DNA from: an uncultured archaeon
Lineage (GTDB): Archaea > Asgardarchaeota > Heimdallarchaeia > Heimdallarchaeales > Heimdallarchaeaceae
Assembly: GCA_964534625.1 (NCBI GenBank)
Contig: CAZHRF010000007.1
Coordinates: 1-64,000, forward strand
Length of the DNA: 64,000 bases
Direction: 5' to 3'
Numbering within the stretch: position 1 is the stretch's first letter; the number at the start of each line of letters is the position of its first letter. Under the pieces are notes generated by a model, which saw only the letters and a list, made by a program, of their open reading frames with translations, was not told the origin of the DNA and did no database searches. The position numbers were made by a program, and so were the translations under genes. Shown in pieces: positions 40,797 through 50,770 of this stretch.

Positions 40797-40873
40797 TACA
40801 TAGAATAGCATGGAAAAGAGCAGAGGAAGGTAAGTTTTGTTTCGACAAAGTTTCAATATCTTGATTAAATCAT

Positions 40874-41431
40874 TTATTTTATCGCAATCAAAACATATGA
40901 ACCTTCAGTGTCTTCAAAAGATGACGTTCGAAATTTTTTTTCTTGTAATAATTTATCAATCTCTTCGTTTTTAAAAAATTTACAGCCAAAGAATACTGAT
41001 TCTATAAAGACTATTATCTTGTTTTGCAACTTAGCTGGATTGACATCTCTAATAATTAGGATCCCCTCTTTTTGTACTATCCTATATAGTTCTGATAATA
41101 AGTGAGAAACATTGTCAACATGATGTAAAGTATTGTTCAATATTATCTGATTGAATGAGCGATCCTTAAGTGGAAGCAAACACCCATCTCCATTCAGTAA
41201 TAATAATTTTTTAGTCTTTTTCTTAGCTTGTTCAAGCATGCTTAACGAGCTATCCAATACTAAGCATTCGTTTGTGTACTCAGATAATGCTATAGAAACC
41301 CTTCCTGTTCCTCCGCCCAGATCTATAATTAATGAATCTTTATCTAAAGGTAATATGTCTAATAACTGTTCTATTTTAGAACTAGGGATGATTTTATCAT
41401 AGAATCTGGCGATTAGAGAGAATATATTCAA
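40874..41431 (-). CDS. Class I SAM-dependent methyltransferase (small-molecule type)
   Basis: DLGGGTG, DSSLSML, LHHV. Confidence 0.85.
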   Translation of the reverse strand: MNIFSLIARFYDKIIPSSKIEQLLDILPLDKDSLIIDLGGGTGRVSIALSEYTNECLVLDSSLSMLEQAKKKTKKLLLLNGDGCLLPLKDRSFNQIILNNTLHHVDNVSHLLSELYRIVQKEGILIIRDVNPAKLQNKIIVFIESVFFGCKFFKNEEIDKLLQEKKFRTSSFEDTEGSYVLIAIK

Positions 41432-41516
41432 AGTAATCCTAGACTGGGTATTCTTGTAATACTATTTATTTTTTTGCTTTGTTATATTTTCGTTAAAAAC
41501 TAATAATTTATAATAA

Positions 41517-42890
41517 TTAATTTTTATCTAAAATTAGTGTTTTTTCTAAATAATCTTTTATAATTATCAACGCTTTGCAATCGTCTGAATTGTATGAAAT
41601 GGCTCTTTCCAGCGATTTCTTGTCTTTGTTATAGAACCATTTTTCAAATAGAAGAATGCTTGACGCTCCATCCATTAGCGATTCATCCCATTCAAATCCT
41701 AAATGATTGGCAACATTTTTCAAGGTATACGATGCTACTGGTAGTATAATATGACTTTTAAAGAGCTTAAATAAATCAACTGAGTTATCCAATATTTTTT
41801 GTATCTTCTCTTTAGGTATGTTATACTTTTGTGCCATTTTTTTCAAAAAATGCCTTTCTACTGGAGACCAGTGGTAAAGCACAAAATTATTGCCATTTTT
41901 GAATAAATGTTTGATAAACTTGTGATACATACTTTTTTCATCAGAGAGTTTATTGGCAATAAATGGGTGATAAACTGTTTTTTGTTGATCTCTTGAAAAA
42001 CAGCCTATTAACCACGTGAATTCATGGTTGGGTGATAATTCCATATCTACAAAATGTTCTTGTTGGACTCGTGGGAACTTAAATGGTTTTTGTATAATCG
42101 TTTTATTATCTTCTAAGGACTGGGCTTGCAAAATAAAGTATTTTATGTCCTTTTTTGATACATAGTTAGATGTCAAAACTTGTTCATTCATTTGACTCAA
42201 GTCACGGGTGTTTTTAATCCCTTTCTCAAAAAATTCTTTTTTTACTCTTTTTCCTATTCCTGAAATAGTTGTTAAATCATCAATTTCAAAAGCTAGTTTT
42301 TTACAATATTTTTTCCACTCACAAATTTTGCAGTCTCGTGTATAAATAGGACTAGGACTTTTTTTTCCTGTTTTAATAGCAATAATTTGTTGTAAATCTT
42401 CCTTAAGTTGGTTAATTGTATCTTCCACAAGTATTTCTTTCTCTTGATCTTTGGCTGAAATAACGAAAAAATCTATTTTTTGATCTAAAACTAAACAAGT
42501 TATATATACATTAAATGTGCCTTCCATTATCATATTTCTACTCATTTTAATTTTATTTCTCTGGAAATAGGGGATGTATGTATAATTCCCATATTTGCAT
42601 TTTCCCTCTTTTTTTACAAGCTTATTGATTTTTGTTATAAACTGCTTATACATAAGAATAGCTTGATAAATTTCTTGTTTCCCTTGTTTAACCTGAGAGA
42701 GAACATACTTGAAATTCTGATGATATTGAGACATTTTCTTGTCTTGGAATTTTCTTACTCTTCTTGATTTGCTTTTTCTAATAATAGGATGTACACGAAT
42801 TTCTTCAAATGGACCATGATATGTAAGATAAAGCAATAAAGGGCAATCATAATAAAGACGTACATCGTGGTGCGAGACCAATTCTAACAT
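41517..42890 (-). CDS. TM0106-family RecB-like / RNase H-like (YprB) nuclease
   Basis: CP...CKICEWKKYC cysteine cluster, HhH ISGIG, FVDME...YHW...YTLKNVA...YNSDDC. Confidence 0.8.
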   Translation of the reverse strand: MLELVSHHDVRLYYDCPLLLYLTYHGPFEEIRVHPIIRKSKSRRVRKFQDKKMSQYHQNFKYVLSQVKQGKQEIYQAILMYKQFITKINKLVKKEGKCKYGNYTYIPYFQRNKIKMSRNMIMEGTFNVYITCLVLDQKIDFFVISAKDQEKEILVEDTINQLKEDLQQIIAIKTGKKSPSPIYTRDCKICEWKKYCKKLAFEIDDLTTISGIGKRVKKEFFEKGIKNTRDLSQMNEQVLTSNYVSKKDIKYFILQAQSLEDNKTIIQKPFKFPRVQQEHFVDMELSPNHEFTWLIGCFSRDQQKTVYHPFIANKLSDEKSMYHKFIKHLFKNGNNFVLYHWSPVERHFLKKMAQKYNIPKEKIQKILDNSVDLFKLFKSHIILPVASYTLKNVANHLGFEWDESLMDGASSILLFEKWFYNKDKKSLERAISYNSDDCKALIIIKDYLEKTLILDKN

Positions 42891-43107
42891 AATCTATTCT
42901 ACTCTTTAATTAGTGCTTATTTATTCTTTTAAAAAAATAGTGAAAGAAGTATAAATTAACTCTATTCTACTATTATTGCGATTTGTTGTGCTCTCTGCAA
43001 TGAATATGACTACTTCATCAATTAGACTAGATTTTTATTAGACGAAATGGCAAAATATTTAAACACAAGTGTGAAGAAACCACAAAATAATAGAGTGAAG
43101 AAAAATT

Positions 43108-43335
43108 ATGACGTACACAGCATATGATGGATTGATAACCAGTAGTGGATGGTTAACTTTTTGGCTTGTTTTGTTTTCTATATTAACTATAGCTGCATTA
43201 ACCTGGTTCTTTCTTTACGTTGAGCAGTCTCAAAATAAAAGCAAAAAAACTACGACCTTAATTATAGTAATTAATGCCTTAATAATAGCATTCGAATTAC
43301 AACTCATCTTCCTACGTATTAATGTAATTTATTAG
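43108..43335 (+). CDS. Small 2-TM protein resembling OST5/TMEM258 oligosaccharyltransferase subunit
   Basis: 75 aa, two TM helices; TWFFLY matches AWFFVY of TMEM258; similar length and C-terminal position. Confidence 0.55.
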   Translation: MTYTAYDGLITSSGWLTFWLVLFSILTIAALTWFFLYVEQSQNKSKKTTTLIIVINALIIAFELQLIFLRINVIY

Positions 43336-43510
43336 TCTATACTGAGTTTTTGAATATGCTTGATACGATAAGGTTAAACCACTTTTACCTCTTTTATCAC
43401 CTTTTATTGTACCTTATCTCTTTTGAAGATGTTATAAGAAATTCTTAGATAGAGTAACTTTATACATAATTACAGAAACATTAAAAACGAAGAAACTAAA
43501 AAGTGTTTTA

Positions 43511-44368
43511 ATGGACATCTCTCAATACCTTCAATATTTAACCGTTGATGATATCCTTTCTTATTTTCCTCGTGCTTATGATACAGAGGCTATTGGGTCG
43601 GAGATTTCAGCTGAAGCTCTTGTCAAATTGAATGAACTTGCAAAAGACGATAATTTTTCTTCCACAAAGCTAAGGCGTATCTGGGTACATGCCATTCGAG
43701 AGATGTTTTTTCAAGAGTTTCAGAAAATATTCATATTCAAACCCACTAAAAAATTTGAAAGTACAAATGGTATAAAATCCGCAATCACTTCAAGTTTGAA
43801 TGAATTGAAAACAGAAATCATAACCATGGCGCCTAAAATATATGTTTCAAAAATTGAGGATAAACCATTACGTTTTACAGCTGCTATATGTCTGGAAGAA
43901 GTAAAAGATTTTGATGAATTCTTAACAGTTGATATAAAAGACTTACTTATTTTAACTATTTTCCCTAAGATAGGTGTCTCTACATTACTTTCATCATGTA
44001 CAAAACTTGAGCAAAAAGTGGTTTTGAAATTATTAATGCTGATCTTCAAAGACGTAAAAGAATTAAGACTCAATTCTTTGTTGCTGAGAAAATATTCTGT
44101 TTCTGAACCTATCCAAAAATTAACTATATCTACTCCTCCTGATATTGCTGGATTTAAAGGCATAAATATGATGCAATTCATGGGGGAAAATGTAATGGAA
44201 GGATTAACAGGTTTAAAACGCAGGCATGATGCAGATGTTGAGAAGATAACGCGAGTTGGCCCATATACAGAAATTATTTCCAACAACCTTCATTTACTAA
44301 TAGGTACTGGAATTAAAATTCTCAAGTATGATGGCATTGATCCTTTATTGCAAATATCTAAAAAATAA
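43511..44368 (+). CDS. Hypothetical protein (weak CENP-N/Chl4-like resemblance, see findings)
   Basis: 285-aa ORF; FMGENVMEGL motif. Confidence 0.5.
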   Translation: MDISQYLQYLTVDDILSYFPRAYDTEAIGSEISAEALVKLNELAKDDNFSSTKLRRIWVHAIREMFFQEFQKIFIFKPTKKFESTNGIKSAITSSLNELKTEIITMAPKIYVSKIEDKPLRFTAAICLEEVKDFDEFLTVDIKDLLILTIFPKIGVSTLLSSCTKLEQKVVLKLLMLIFKDVKELRLNSLLLRKYSVSEPIQKLTISTPPDIAGFKGINMMQFMGENVMEGLTGLKRRHDADVEKITRVGPYTEIISNNLHLLIGTGIKILKYDGIDPLLQISKK

Positions 44369-44581
44369 TTCAAATACTTGTAATTCTTCTTTTTAATGGA
44401 ATGAAAAGATGGTTGGTAGAGTATAGATTATTGTTAAACATTTTTTATCATGCTAATTTTTTTCACCAAGTGTTTTCTAAACGTCTCGGGGTACTACTCT
44501 TTGATATTTCTCTACACGAGGTTATATAGAAACAATTATAATACGAGATATCTCCATAGTCTCAGTTAAAAGGTGGAATAA

Positions 44582-45139
44582 TTGATAGAATTATTGCAAA
44601 TTAGTCGAGGCGGAACGGGAGGTGTCACAGGAGCTAAAATTCTTGCAGAAGCTGCTTTATATGAAGGCATGGATAGTCAAGCTATTCCAAAATATGGTGC
44701 AGAAAGAAGAGGAGCTGCTGTTGAAGCCTACGTAAGGTTTGATGATAAACCTATCCGCATACACAGTCCGGTATACATCGCTGATCATGCTATGATTTTA
44801 GAAAAATCATTAATTGATAAACTTGATTTAGATAAAGTAAAAGATGACGGTATTATAATAGTTAATACGAAGGAATTACCCGAGAAATTGAAGAACTGTG
44901 GCAAAAAAATTGCTTACGTCAATGCCACTAAAATCGCTCAAGACTTTGGTCTTGTTGCGGGTGGTATGACTCTAGTAAGTGGAACAATTTTAGGAGCATA
45001 TGCAAAAGCCACAGGGCTCGTTTCTCTTGAGAACGTTGAAAAAGCTATTATTAATTTCTTAGGCGAACGTCGCGGTAGAAAAAATGTTGAAGCTGCCAAA
45101 AAAGCATATGAAGAAACGGAGGTAATTGAAGTTGAATAA
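44582..45139 (+). CDS. porC: 2-oxoacid:ferredoxin oxidoreductase gamma subunit
   Basis: RGGTGGVT, YGAERRG. Confidence 0.88.
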   Translation: MIELLQISRGGTGGVTGAKILAEAALYEGMDSQAIPKYGAERRGAAVEAYVRFDDKPIRIHSPVYIADHAMILEKSLIDKLDLDKVKDDGIIIVNTKELPEKLKNCGKKIAYVNATKIAQDFGLVAGGMTLVSGTILGAYAKATGLVSLENVEKAIINFLGERRGRKNVEAAKKAYEETEVIEVE

Positions 45140-45419
45140 AAGTTTACAATGTCCAGAGGATAGCCCAAGTATGCCTATCCTTAAACCAATTAAAGGTACA
45201 GCTGGAAGAACTGGTGACTGGCGAACTCATCGTCCCGTTCTTGATCCAGATAAATGTATTAAGTGTAATATCTGTTGGATGTATTGCCCTGATTTAACAA
45301 TAAATCCTGCAGACAAAGATAAAGATCAAGTAATAAGTTTTGATTATGAATATTGTAAAGGATGTGGCATCTGTGCTAATGAGTGTCCTAAAGATGCCAT
45401 TACAATGGTGGAGGAATAG
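45126..45419 (+). CDS. porD: 2-oxoacid:ferredoxin oxidoreductase delta subunit
   Basis: TGDWRTHRP, CIKCNICWMYCPD, YCKGCGICANECP. Confidence 0.9.
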   Translation: MKLNKSLQCPEDSPSMPILKPIKGTAGRTGDWRTHRPVLDPDKCIKCNICWMYCPDLTINPADKDKDQVISFDYEYCKGCGICANECPKDAITMVEE

Positions 45420-45425
45420 ATTGCA

Positions 45426-46556
45426 ATGACAAGTACAACAAAAATGTTAACTGGAAATTTTGCTGCAGCTCAAGCTGCTGCTGACGCAAAACCCCAAGTC
45501 ATAGCTGCCTACCCTATAACCCCTCAAACCGAGCAAATTGAATATATTAGCAAATTAGTTGATGGAGGACAATTGAATTCCAAATTTATGAGGGTAGAAT
45601 CTGAACATTCAGCTTTAGCAGCTGTTGCTGGTGCTGCTTGGGCTGGAGCAAGAGTGTTTACTGCAACATCAAGTCAAGGATTGTTATATATGGGCGAATG
45701 GGTTTATTGGACTGGTTATGGTCGATTACCCGTTGTTATGCCCGTTGTGAATCGATGTTTAGCACCTGGTTGGTCAATTTGGGTGGACTTGCAAGATAGT
45801 ATGGGTTTTAGAGACGCAGGATGGCTACAATATTATACAAAGAACAACCAAGAGGTATATGATACAACTCTTCAATCGTTCAAGATCTCAGAAGATAAAT
45901 GTATTGCTCTGCCAAGTATGCCCTGTTTAGATGGTTTTGTATTAAGTCATACTGCAGCTAAGGTAGAATTACCTGATCCAGAAGAAGCCTATGCTTTTGT
46001 TGGTGATTATTCTGAACCAGTTATAGAAGTTGATCCAGAGAACCCTTGGACATTCGGTTCAATTGTTATGCCCGATAAATTCAACAAAGATAGAAGGGAT
46101 TTAATGGAGGCTATGGAACGCGCTAAAACCAAAATTAAAGAAGTAAATAGAGAATTCGAGGAAACTTTTGGTAGATCTTATGGAAATGGTTTAGTTGAAA
46201 AGTATGGTGCAGAAGAAGCTGATTTAACTATTGTTGCCCTTGGTACAATGGCAGATGAAGCCCAAGAATCTATTGACAAATTAGAAGAAGAAGGAAAAAG
46301 TGTAAATTTAGTTAGAATTAGAACTTTCAGACCATTCCCAACAGAAGATATTGTAGAAATAGCTAAAAATAACCATAAATTATTGGTGTTCGATAGATCC
46401 TTATCATTTGGGCATGAGGGACATGCAAGAATCGAAATTGAATCTACATTGAAAAGAAATAATGTTGATACACCAGTCTTAGGAAAAATTTTGGGGCTTG
46501 GTGGAGAAGACGTTCCTTATACACGAATTATGAAAATAGCGAAGGAGCACCTCTAA
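45426..46556 (+). CDS. porA: 2-oxoacid:ferredoxin oxidoreductase alpha subunit
   Basis: YPITPQT, ESEHSA, TATSSQGL. Confidence 0.92.
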   Translation: MTSTTKMLTGNFAAAQAAADAKPQVIAAYPITPQTEQIEYISKLVDGGQLNSKFMRVESEHSALAAVAGAAWAGARVFTATSSQGLLYMGEWVYWTGYGRLPVVMPVVNRCLAPGWSIWVDLQDSMGFRDAGWLQYYTKNNQEVYDTTLQSFKISEDKCIALPSMPCLDGFVLSHTAAKVELPDPEEAYAFVGDYSEPVIEVDPENPWTFGSIVMPDKFNKDRRDLMEAMERAKTKIKEVNREFEETFGRSYGNGLVEKYGAEEADLTIVALGTMADEAQESIDKLEEEGKSVNLVRIRTFRPFPTEDIVEIAKNNHKLLVFDRSLSFGHEGHARIEIESTLKRNNVDTPVLGKILGLGGEDVPYTRIMKIAKEHL

Positions 46557-46559
46557 GGA

Positions 46560-47465
46560 GTGATAAAGATGACAACAAGAAATGATTTAATGAAAAACCC
46601 AAAAGAAGCTCTATTAAAAGGACATTTTGCTTGTGCCGGATGTGGAAGTGCTTTGGCGTTTAGACATGCCATGGGCGCGATAGCCGATAAGGCAGTTGTA
46701 GTTATACCTGCCTGTTGTACATCTGTATATCAAGGATTCGGAAAAGGTGTTGCTTTTGATGTTCCAACAATTAATGTGGCATTTGCTTCATCTGACGCTG
46801 TTGCAGCAGGGATAAAGAATGCTATGGATATGAAAGGTAAAGAAGCTCATGTAGTTGCTTGGGCAGGAGATGGTGGAACAGCAGACATTGGTATAGCCAC
46901 ACTTATAGGAGCTTGTGATAGACAAGAAGATATATTGCACGTTATGTATTCTAATAATGTTTATAGTAATACAGGTGGACAACGATCCGGTGACACCCCT
47001 ATTGGGGCAAAGACAACGACTACTCCTTTTGGAAATACAACGCCTAGAAAGATGGTTCCATATATTATGATGGCCAATAACGCTAGATATGTTGCAACAG
47101 CAAGTTCTGCCTATCCTACTGATTTAGTCGAGAAGATAAAGAAGGCTGTCTCACTAAAAGGTTTCAAATTTATACAGATAGATGCTCCATGTCCTCCTGC
47201 TTGGAAAATTGATTCCAGCAAGTCAATCACTGTTTCTAAATTAGCTATAGAAACTGGTATTTGGCCAATGTTTGAATGGGATAGTGCAACAAGTAAAGCT
47301 GTATTATCTCCAAGAGGTAAAAAATATTCAGACAAAGAGAACAGAAAACCTGTTGAGGAATGGCTCAATTTACAAGGACGTTTTAAAGGTATAACTGAAG
47401 AAAAATTAAAAGCCCTTAAAGCTGACATGGATAGACAATGGGACTTCCTTAAAAAATTCCTTTAA
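46560..47465 (+). CDS. porB: 2-oxoacid:ferredoxin oxidoreductase beta subunit
   Basis: ACAGCG, GDGG TPP motif, NTGGQRS, PCP. Confidence 0.92.
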   Translation: MIKMTTRNDLMKNPKEALLKGHFACAGCGSALAFRHAMGAIADKAVVVIPACCTSVYQGFGKGVAFDVPTINVAFASSDAVAAGIKNAMDMKGKEAHVVAWAGDGGTADIGIATLIGACDRQEDILHVMYSNNVYSNTGGQRSGDTPIGAKTTTTPFGNTTPRKMVPYIMMANNARYVATASSAYPTDLVEKIKKAVSLKGFKFIQIDAPCPPAWKIDSSKSITVSKLAIETGIWPMFEWDSATSKAVLSPRGKKYSDKENRKPVEEWLNLQGRFKGITEEKLKALKADMDRQWDFLKKFL

Positions 47466-47564
47466 TTTTTAAATATTATTTTTGCTTTTCTTATTTTTTT
47501 GTTTTTAATCATCATTTGAGTTACCTCCATCGATGGTCTTTAATACCCGGATAATCACATTTGA

Positions 47565-48218
47565 TTGATAGCTGTGAATGATGGAGAAGAAGCTAAAGAG
47601 ATTTATAGTCTATTACTTGGTTTTATACAAAGCGCTATTAAATTGAAGAGTTTACCTAGACAGGGCTGGATAAGAGTTGGGGTACCTCTCTCTGATGTAG
47701 AAAGTGTTGCAGATCACTCTTATAATGTAGCTATGCTTTCGCTCCTTTTGACTGATTTAAACAATGTATTATATCCAGAAAGACAACTAGATTCTAATAT
47801 TGTTATGCGCATAGCTATAATTCATGATTTACCAGAATGTCAATACCAAGATTTTGATCATAGATTAAAGATACTTTTAGGGCAAGATACTTATCAGACA
47901 GTTAAAACGAAAATTTTGACATCTGCAAGTAATGAGCTTCTCTCACTAATATTAAATGAAGATGTGCAAAAACAGTGGCGGACTATGTTTGATGATTTAA
48001 GAGAAAAAAATACAGAAGAAGCACAATTTGTATCCTTTGTTGATAAATTAGAAGTCATGGTACAGGCATTATCTTATGAAAGCTTAGGTTATGATTACAA
48101 ATTATTTGATGACTTTTGGATATCATCACAAGAATACTTGGAATCATGTCCTTATGAAGTAATTAACGATCTGGTTCTAATTTTGATACGTGAAAGAGAT
48201 AATATGAAACAGAATTAG
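47565..48218 (+). CDS. HD-domain 5'-deoxynucleotidase (YfbR/HDDC2-like)
   Basis: LKSLPRQGW, ESVADHS, IHDLPE, DKLE. Confidence 0.88.
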   Translation: MIAVNDGEEAKEIYSLLLGFIQSAIKLKSLPRQGWIRVGVPLSDVESVADHSYNVAMLSLLLTDLNNVLYPERQLDSNIVMRIAIIHDLPECQYQDFDHRLKILLGQDTYQTVKTKILTSASNELLSLILNEDVQKQWRTMFDDLREKNTEEAQFVSFVDKLEVMVQALSYESLGYDYKLFDDFWISSQEYLESCPYEVINDLVLILIRERDNMKQN

Positions 48219-48345
48219 ATGTAATATACATACTATTAAATAAAAAATAATATCAAATAATAAAAACAATTAATTAGTTGTATGATATAAGCACAAACTA
48301 TTAATAATTTAACGCACTAGCAAAGATTAATATTGAGGTCCATGT

Positions 48346-49524
48346 ATGAACCAAGAAAAATATCATGAGTTGAATATTTCCCCCTTTTATATACCCTTTT
48401 TAAGAGATTTGGGTATAAAAGTTGTGGCTATCATAATATTTGATCTTATGTATGGACCGATATGTTATATTAAATCATTAGCACGTTCAAATTATGGTTC
48501 TAAATTACAAGAAATTGATTCCTTAGCTGAAATTTATGCGGGGTTTGCACGAACTTCAGTCGATGTGGTCACAGGGATGGATGAAAAAATTATCCTTGGG
48601 AGATATGTTCAGATGGATAAGGAATCAGAAAATACATCAATCCTGTTGTTTGTGACATTAGAAGATGTTGATACACAAAAATTATCCAATTATGCCCGTT
48701 CTCTGGTTGAAAGATCACGAGGGCAACCTAGTTTGTTTAATCAATCTTTAGGTTCATTGATAGAAGCGGAAAAGAAATCAGCACAAAAACTCATAATATC
48801 TAGTTCTGATAACTTTCTAAAAGGTTTAGAATTAGATGATAAATCAGTAGTGAGTGGAACGGAATTTAATAATGTTTATGGATTCTTGTTTTTAATGTAC
48901 AGTAGATCAGCGATAGACGGGCGATTTTTACCTAAAATGATTTCAGGAAAAAAAGTGGACTTGGTACAACTCTCTAAATTCATTGATACACAGAAAAATG
49001 AAGTAGATTTTACCGATTCAGATCTAATAAGTTTATACTACAAGGGTTCTGAGTTATTAATTTTTCAACAAAAAATAGGCGATTTGATGATTGGTTTGAA
49101 GAAACCAAAAAGCAGAATAAATTATAATTACTTGATAGATTGGTTTCAAGCCTTTTACACCAGTTTTTTAGCCATAAAGAGTGAAACAAATCCAGAATCT
49201 GTTGTGAAAACCTTACAATATATGGATGAAATGTTTTCTAGTAAATCACCCAAATATATAGCAGCCGAATTTTTTGATTTGATGCTAAATAGTAAAATAG
49301 ATCATCCGGAATTGCAGGTACAAGCAATCACTCTCCAAAAGAAAGGCTGGATAACATTGAGAAATGAATTTAAGCTATTTTATACAAACTTGAAATACTT
49401 TAAAGGTGATTTTTCAATAGATCAAATTAGTCAACATCTCTCAGTACCGATTGCTGACGTAGCTAAATTTATAATCTTTTTGAAATCCCGTGATTTTATT
49501 TCCGTTTATAGAAAAAAGAGATGA
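48346..49524 (+). CDS. Longin/uDENN-like domain(s) + C-terminal winged helix protein
   Basis: IIIFDLMYGP longin-type strand-loop; C-terminal FKGDFSIDQISQHL...VAKFIIFLKSRDFI wHTH. Confidence 0.55.
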   Translation: MNQEKYHELNISPFYIPFLRDLGIKVVAIIIFDLMYGPICYIKSLARSNYGSKLQEIDSLAEIYAGFARTSVDVVTGMDEKIILGRYVQMDKESENTSILLFVTLEDVDTQKLSNYARSLVERSRGQPSLFNQSLGSLIEAEKKSAQKLIISSSDNFLKGLELDDKSVVSGTEFNNVYGFLFLMYSRSAIDGRFLPKMISGKKVDLVQLSKFIDTQKNEVDFTDSDLISLYYKGSELLIFQQKIGDLMIGLKKPKSRINYNYLIDWFQAFYTSFLAIKSETNPESVVKTLQYMDEMFSSKSPKYIAAEFFDLMLNSKIDHPELQVQAITLQKKGWITLRNEFKLFYTNLKYFKGDFSIDQISQHLSVPIADVAKFIIFLKSRDFISVYRKKR

Positions 49525-49598
49525 TTATTTACAATAAATATGCGAATCGTAATAATGCTTAAAAAGTAAACCAGAAGTTAATAATATACGTTTAGTTT

Positions 49599-50615
49599 AT
49601 GGAGTCTATATGTATGGTGAAGTTTGAAATAACAAAGCTCGACATTGAATACAATTATCTAAATAAATTATTGACAGATATGAGAAAACTTGCATCCTTA
49701 CATATAGATGTCTTTTTTGAAGAAATGGGGATATACGAGATATTAACCCGTCCTAGGATGCCAGAAGAAATATTTCATTTGCTGAATTTTTCTACCTTAA
49801 ATCAAGAATTTAATGTAATGTTTGAGTTGCTTGCAAAAGATCATTTTATTCGTAAACAAGGAGAGTTTTACGTAGAAAATAAAATGATTAATCAGTTCCG
49901 CGAACGCACAAAACGTGAACTAGAAAGAGAAGACGATATATTAGAACCGCTGGATCATTTTTTCGAATATTCGTTAAGATCATTTAAAGCCATATTAAAT
50001 GGAGACCAAGGAAAATTAAACGATAAAAAACTCAGATTAACTCTTGATTCACTATATGGAACAAAACTCTTTTTTCTTATTAGGCAATATCTATTCAAAC
50101 AAATGAAATCACAACTCTCCGTTTTTAAAACAAAATCCAATTTGAATTTGTTGAATTGGGGTATAGGTTCGGGATATGAAGCACTACATATGGCTGATTA
50201 CTATGGAGACAAAGTGTCTATTATTAGTGTAGAACCAAATGAGGGTTTAAGACCATGTAGAGTGTTACAAGACATTTATGGAATATATAATGTGCATTTC
50301 GAAGAAAGTAAAGACCTTACAAAAACTTTATTGAAAGACAGTGTAGACTTTTTTATTGGCAATGCAATCTTGAATATTGGAACCTTAAAAGACAATATAA
50401 AAAAGATAAAAGACATGCTAGTAGAAACAGGCTCTCTAGTAATAATAATGGACGAAAATTACACTAAATCCATAGACTGGGCACTCAGTATCCATAAAGA
50501 TTACGTCATGTATCAAAGTAAAGAGGAAACCATACAAAAACTAAAACACTATGGTTTTTCAAAAGTAACTTACTTGGATTCAAATAAAGGGTTTATAGTT
50601 ATAACAAAGAGTTAG
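49599..50615 (+). CDS. SAM-dependent methyltransferase-fold protein with N-terminal wHTH
   Basis: LLNWGIGSG motif I, IISVE, GSLVI. Confidence 0.6.
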   Translation: MESICMVKFEITKLDIEYNYLNKLLTDMRKLASLHIDVFFEEMGIYEILTRPRMPEEIFHLLNFSTLNQEFNVMFELLAKDHFIRKQGEFYVENKMINQFRERTKRELEREDDILEPLDHFFEYSLRSFKAILNGDQGKLNDKKLRLTLDSLYGTKLFFLIRQYLFKQMKSQLSVFKTKSNLNLLNWGIGSGYEALHMADYYGDKVSIISVEPNEGLRPCRVLQDIYGIYNVHFEESKDLTKTLLKDSVDFFIGNAILNIGTLKDNIKKIKDMLVETGSLVIIMDENYTKSIDWALSIHKDYVMYQSKEETIQKLKHYGFSKVTYLDSNKGFIVITKS

Positions 50616-50619
50616 AAAA

Positions 50620-50668
50620 ATGAACTACTCCACCCCAAGTGATGGGCATTCTGGCTAGCTTAGGTAAA
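50620..50668 (-). mobile_element. Solo IS200/IS605-type hairpin mini-element (same subfamily as 6874-6920)
   Basis: Minus strand tttac-ctaagctagccagaatgcccatcacttggggtggagtagttcat. Confidence 0.7.
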
Positions 50669-50770
50669 ATGCTCTTTAATTAAGAATCATAAAGAAATTA
50701 AATCACTATTTTTGAATGAAATAGACATACTAAAATAATCGATATGATAGAAATTAGCTGATAATGAAAG

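Noticed and set aside
43720-44286. 188-aa antisense ORF and the other short opposite-strand ORFs in the track (e.g. 1573-2031, 52742-53164, 57140-57511)
   Set aside because: Shadows of well-supported genes on the other strand, with no motifs
40874-50615. MTases at 40874 and 49599 as the missing DISARM methylase
   Set aside because: They lack DNA MTase catalytic motifs and lie 20-30 kb away among housekeeping genes
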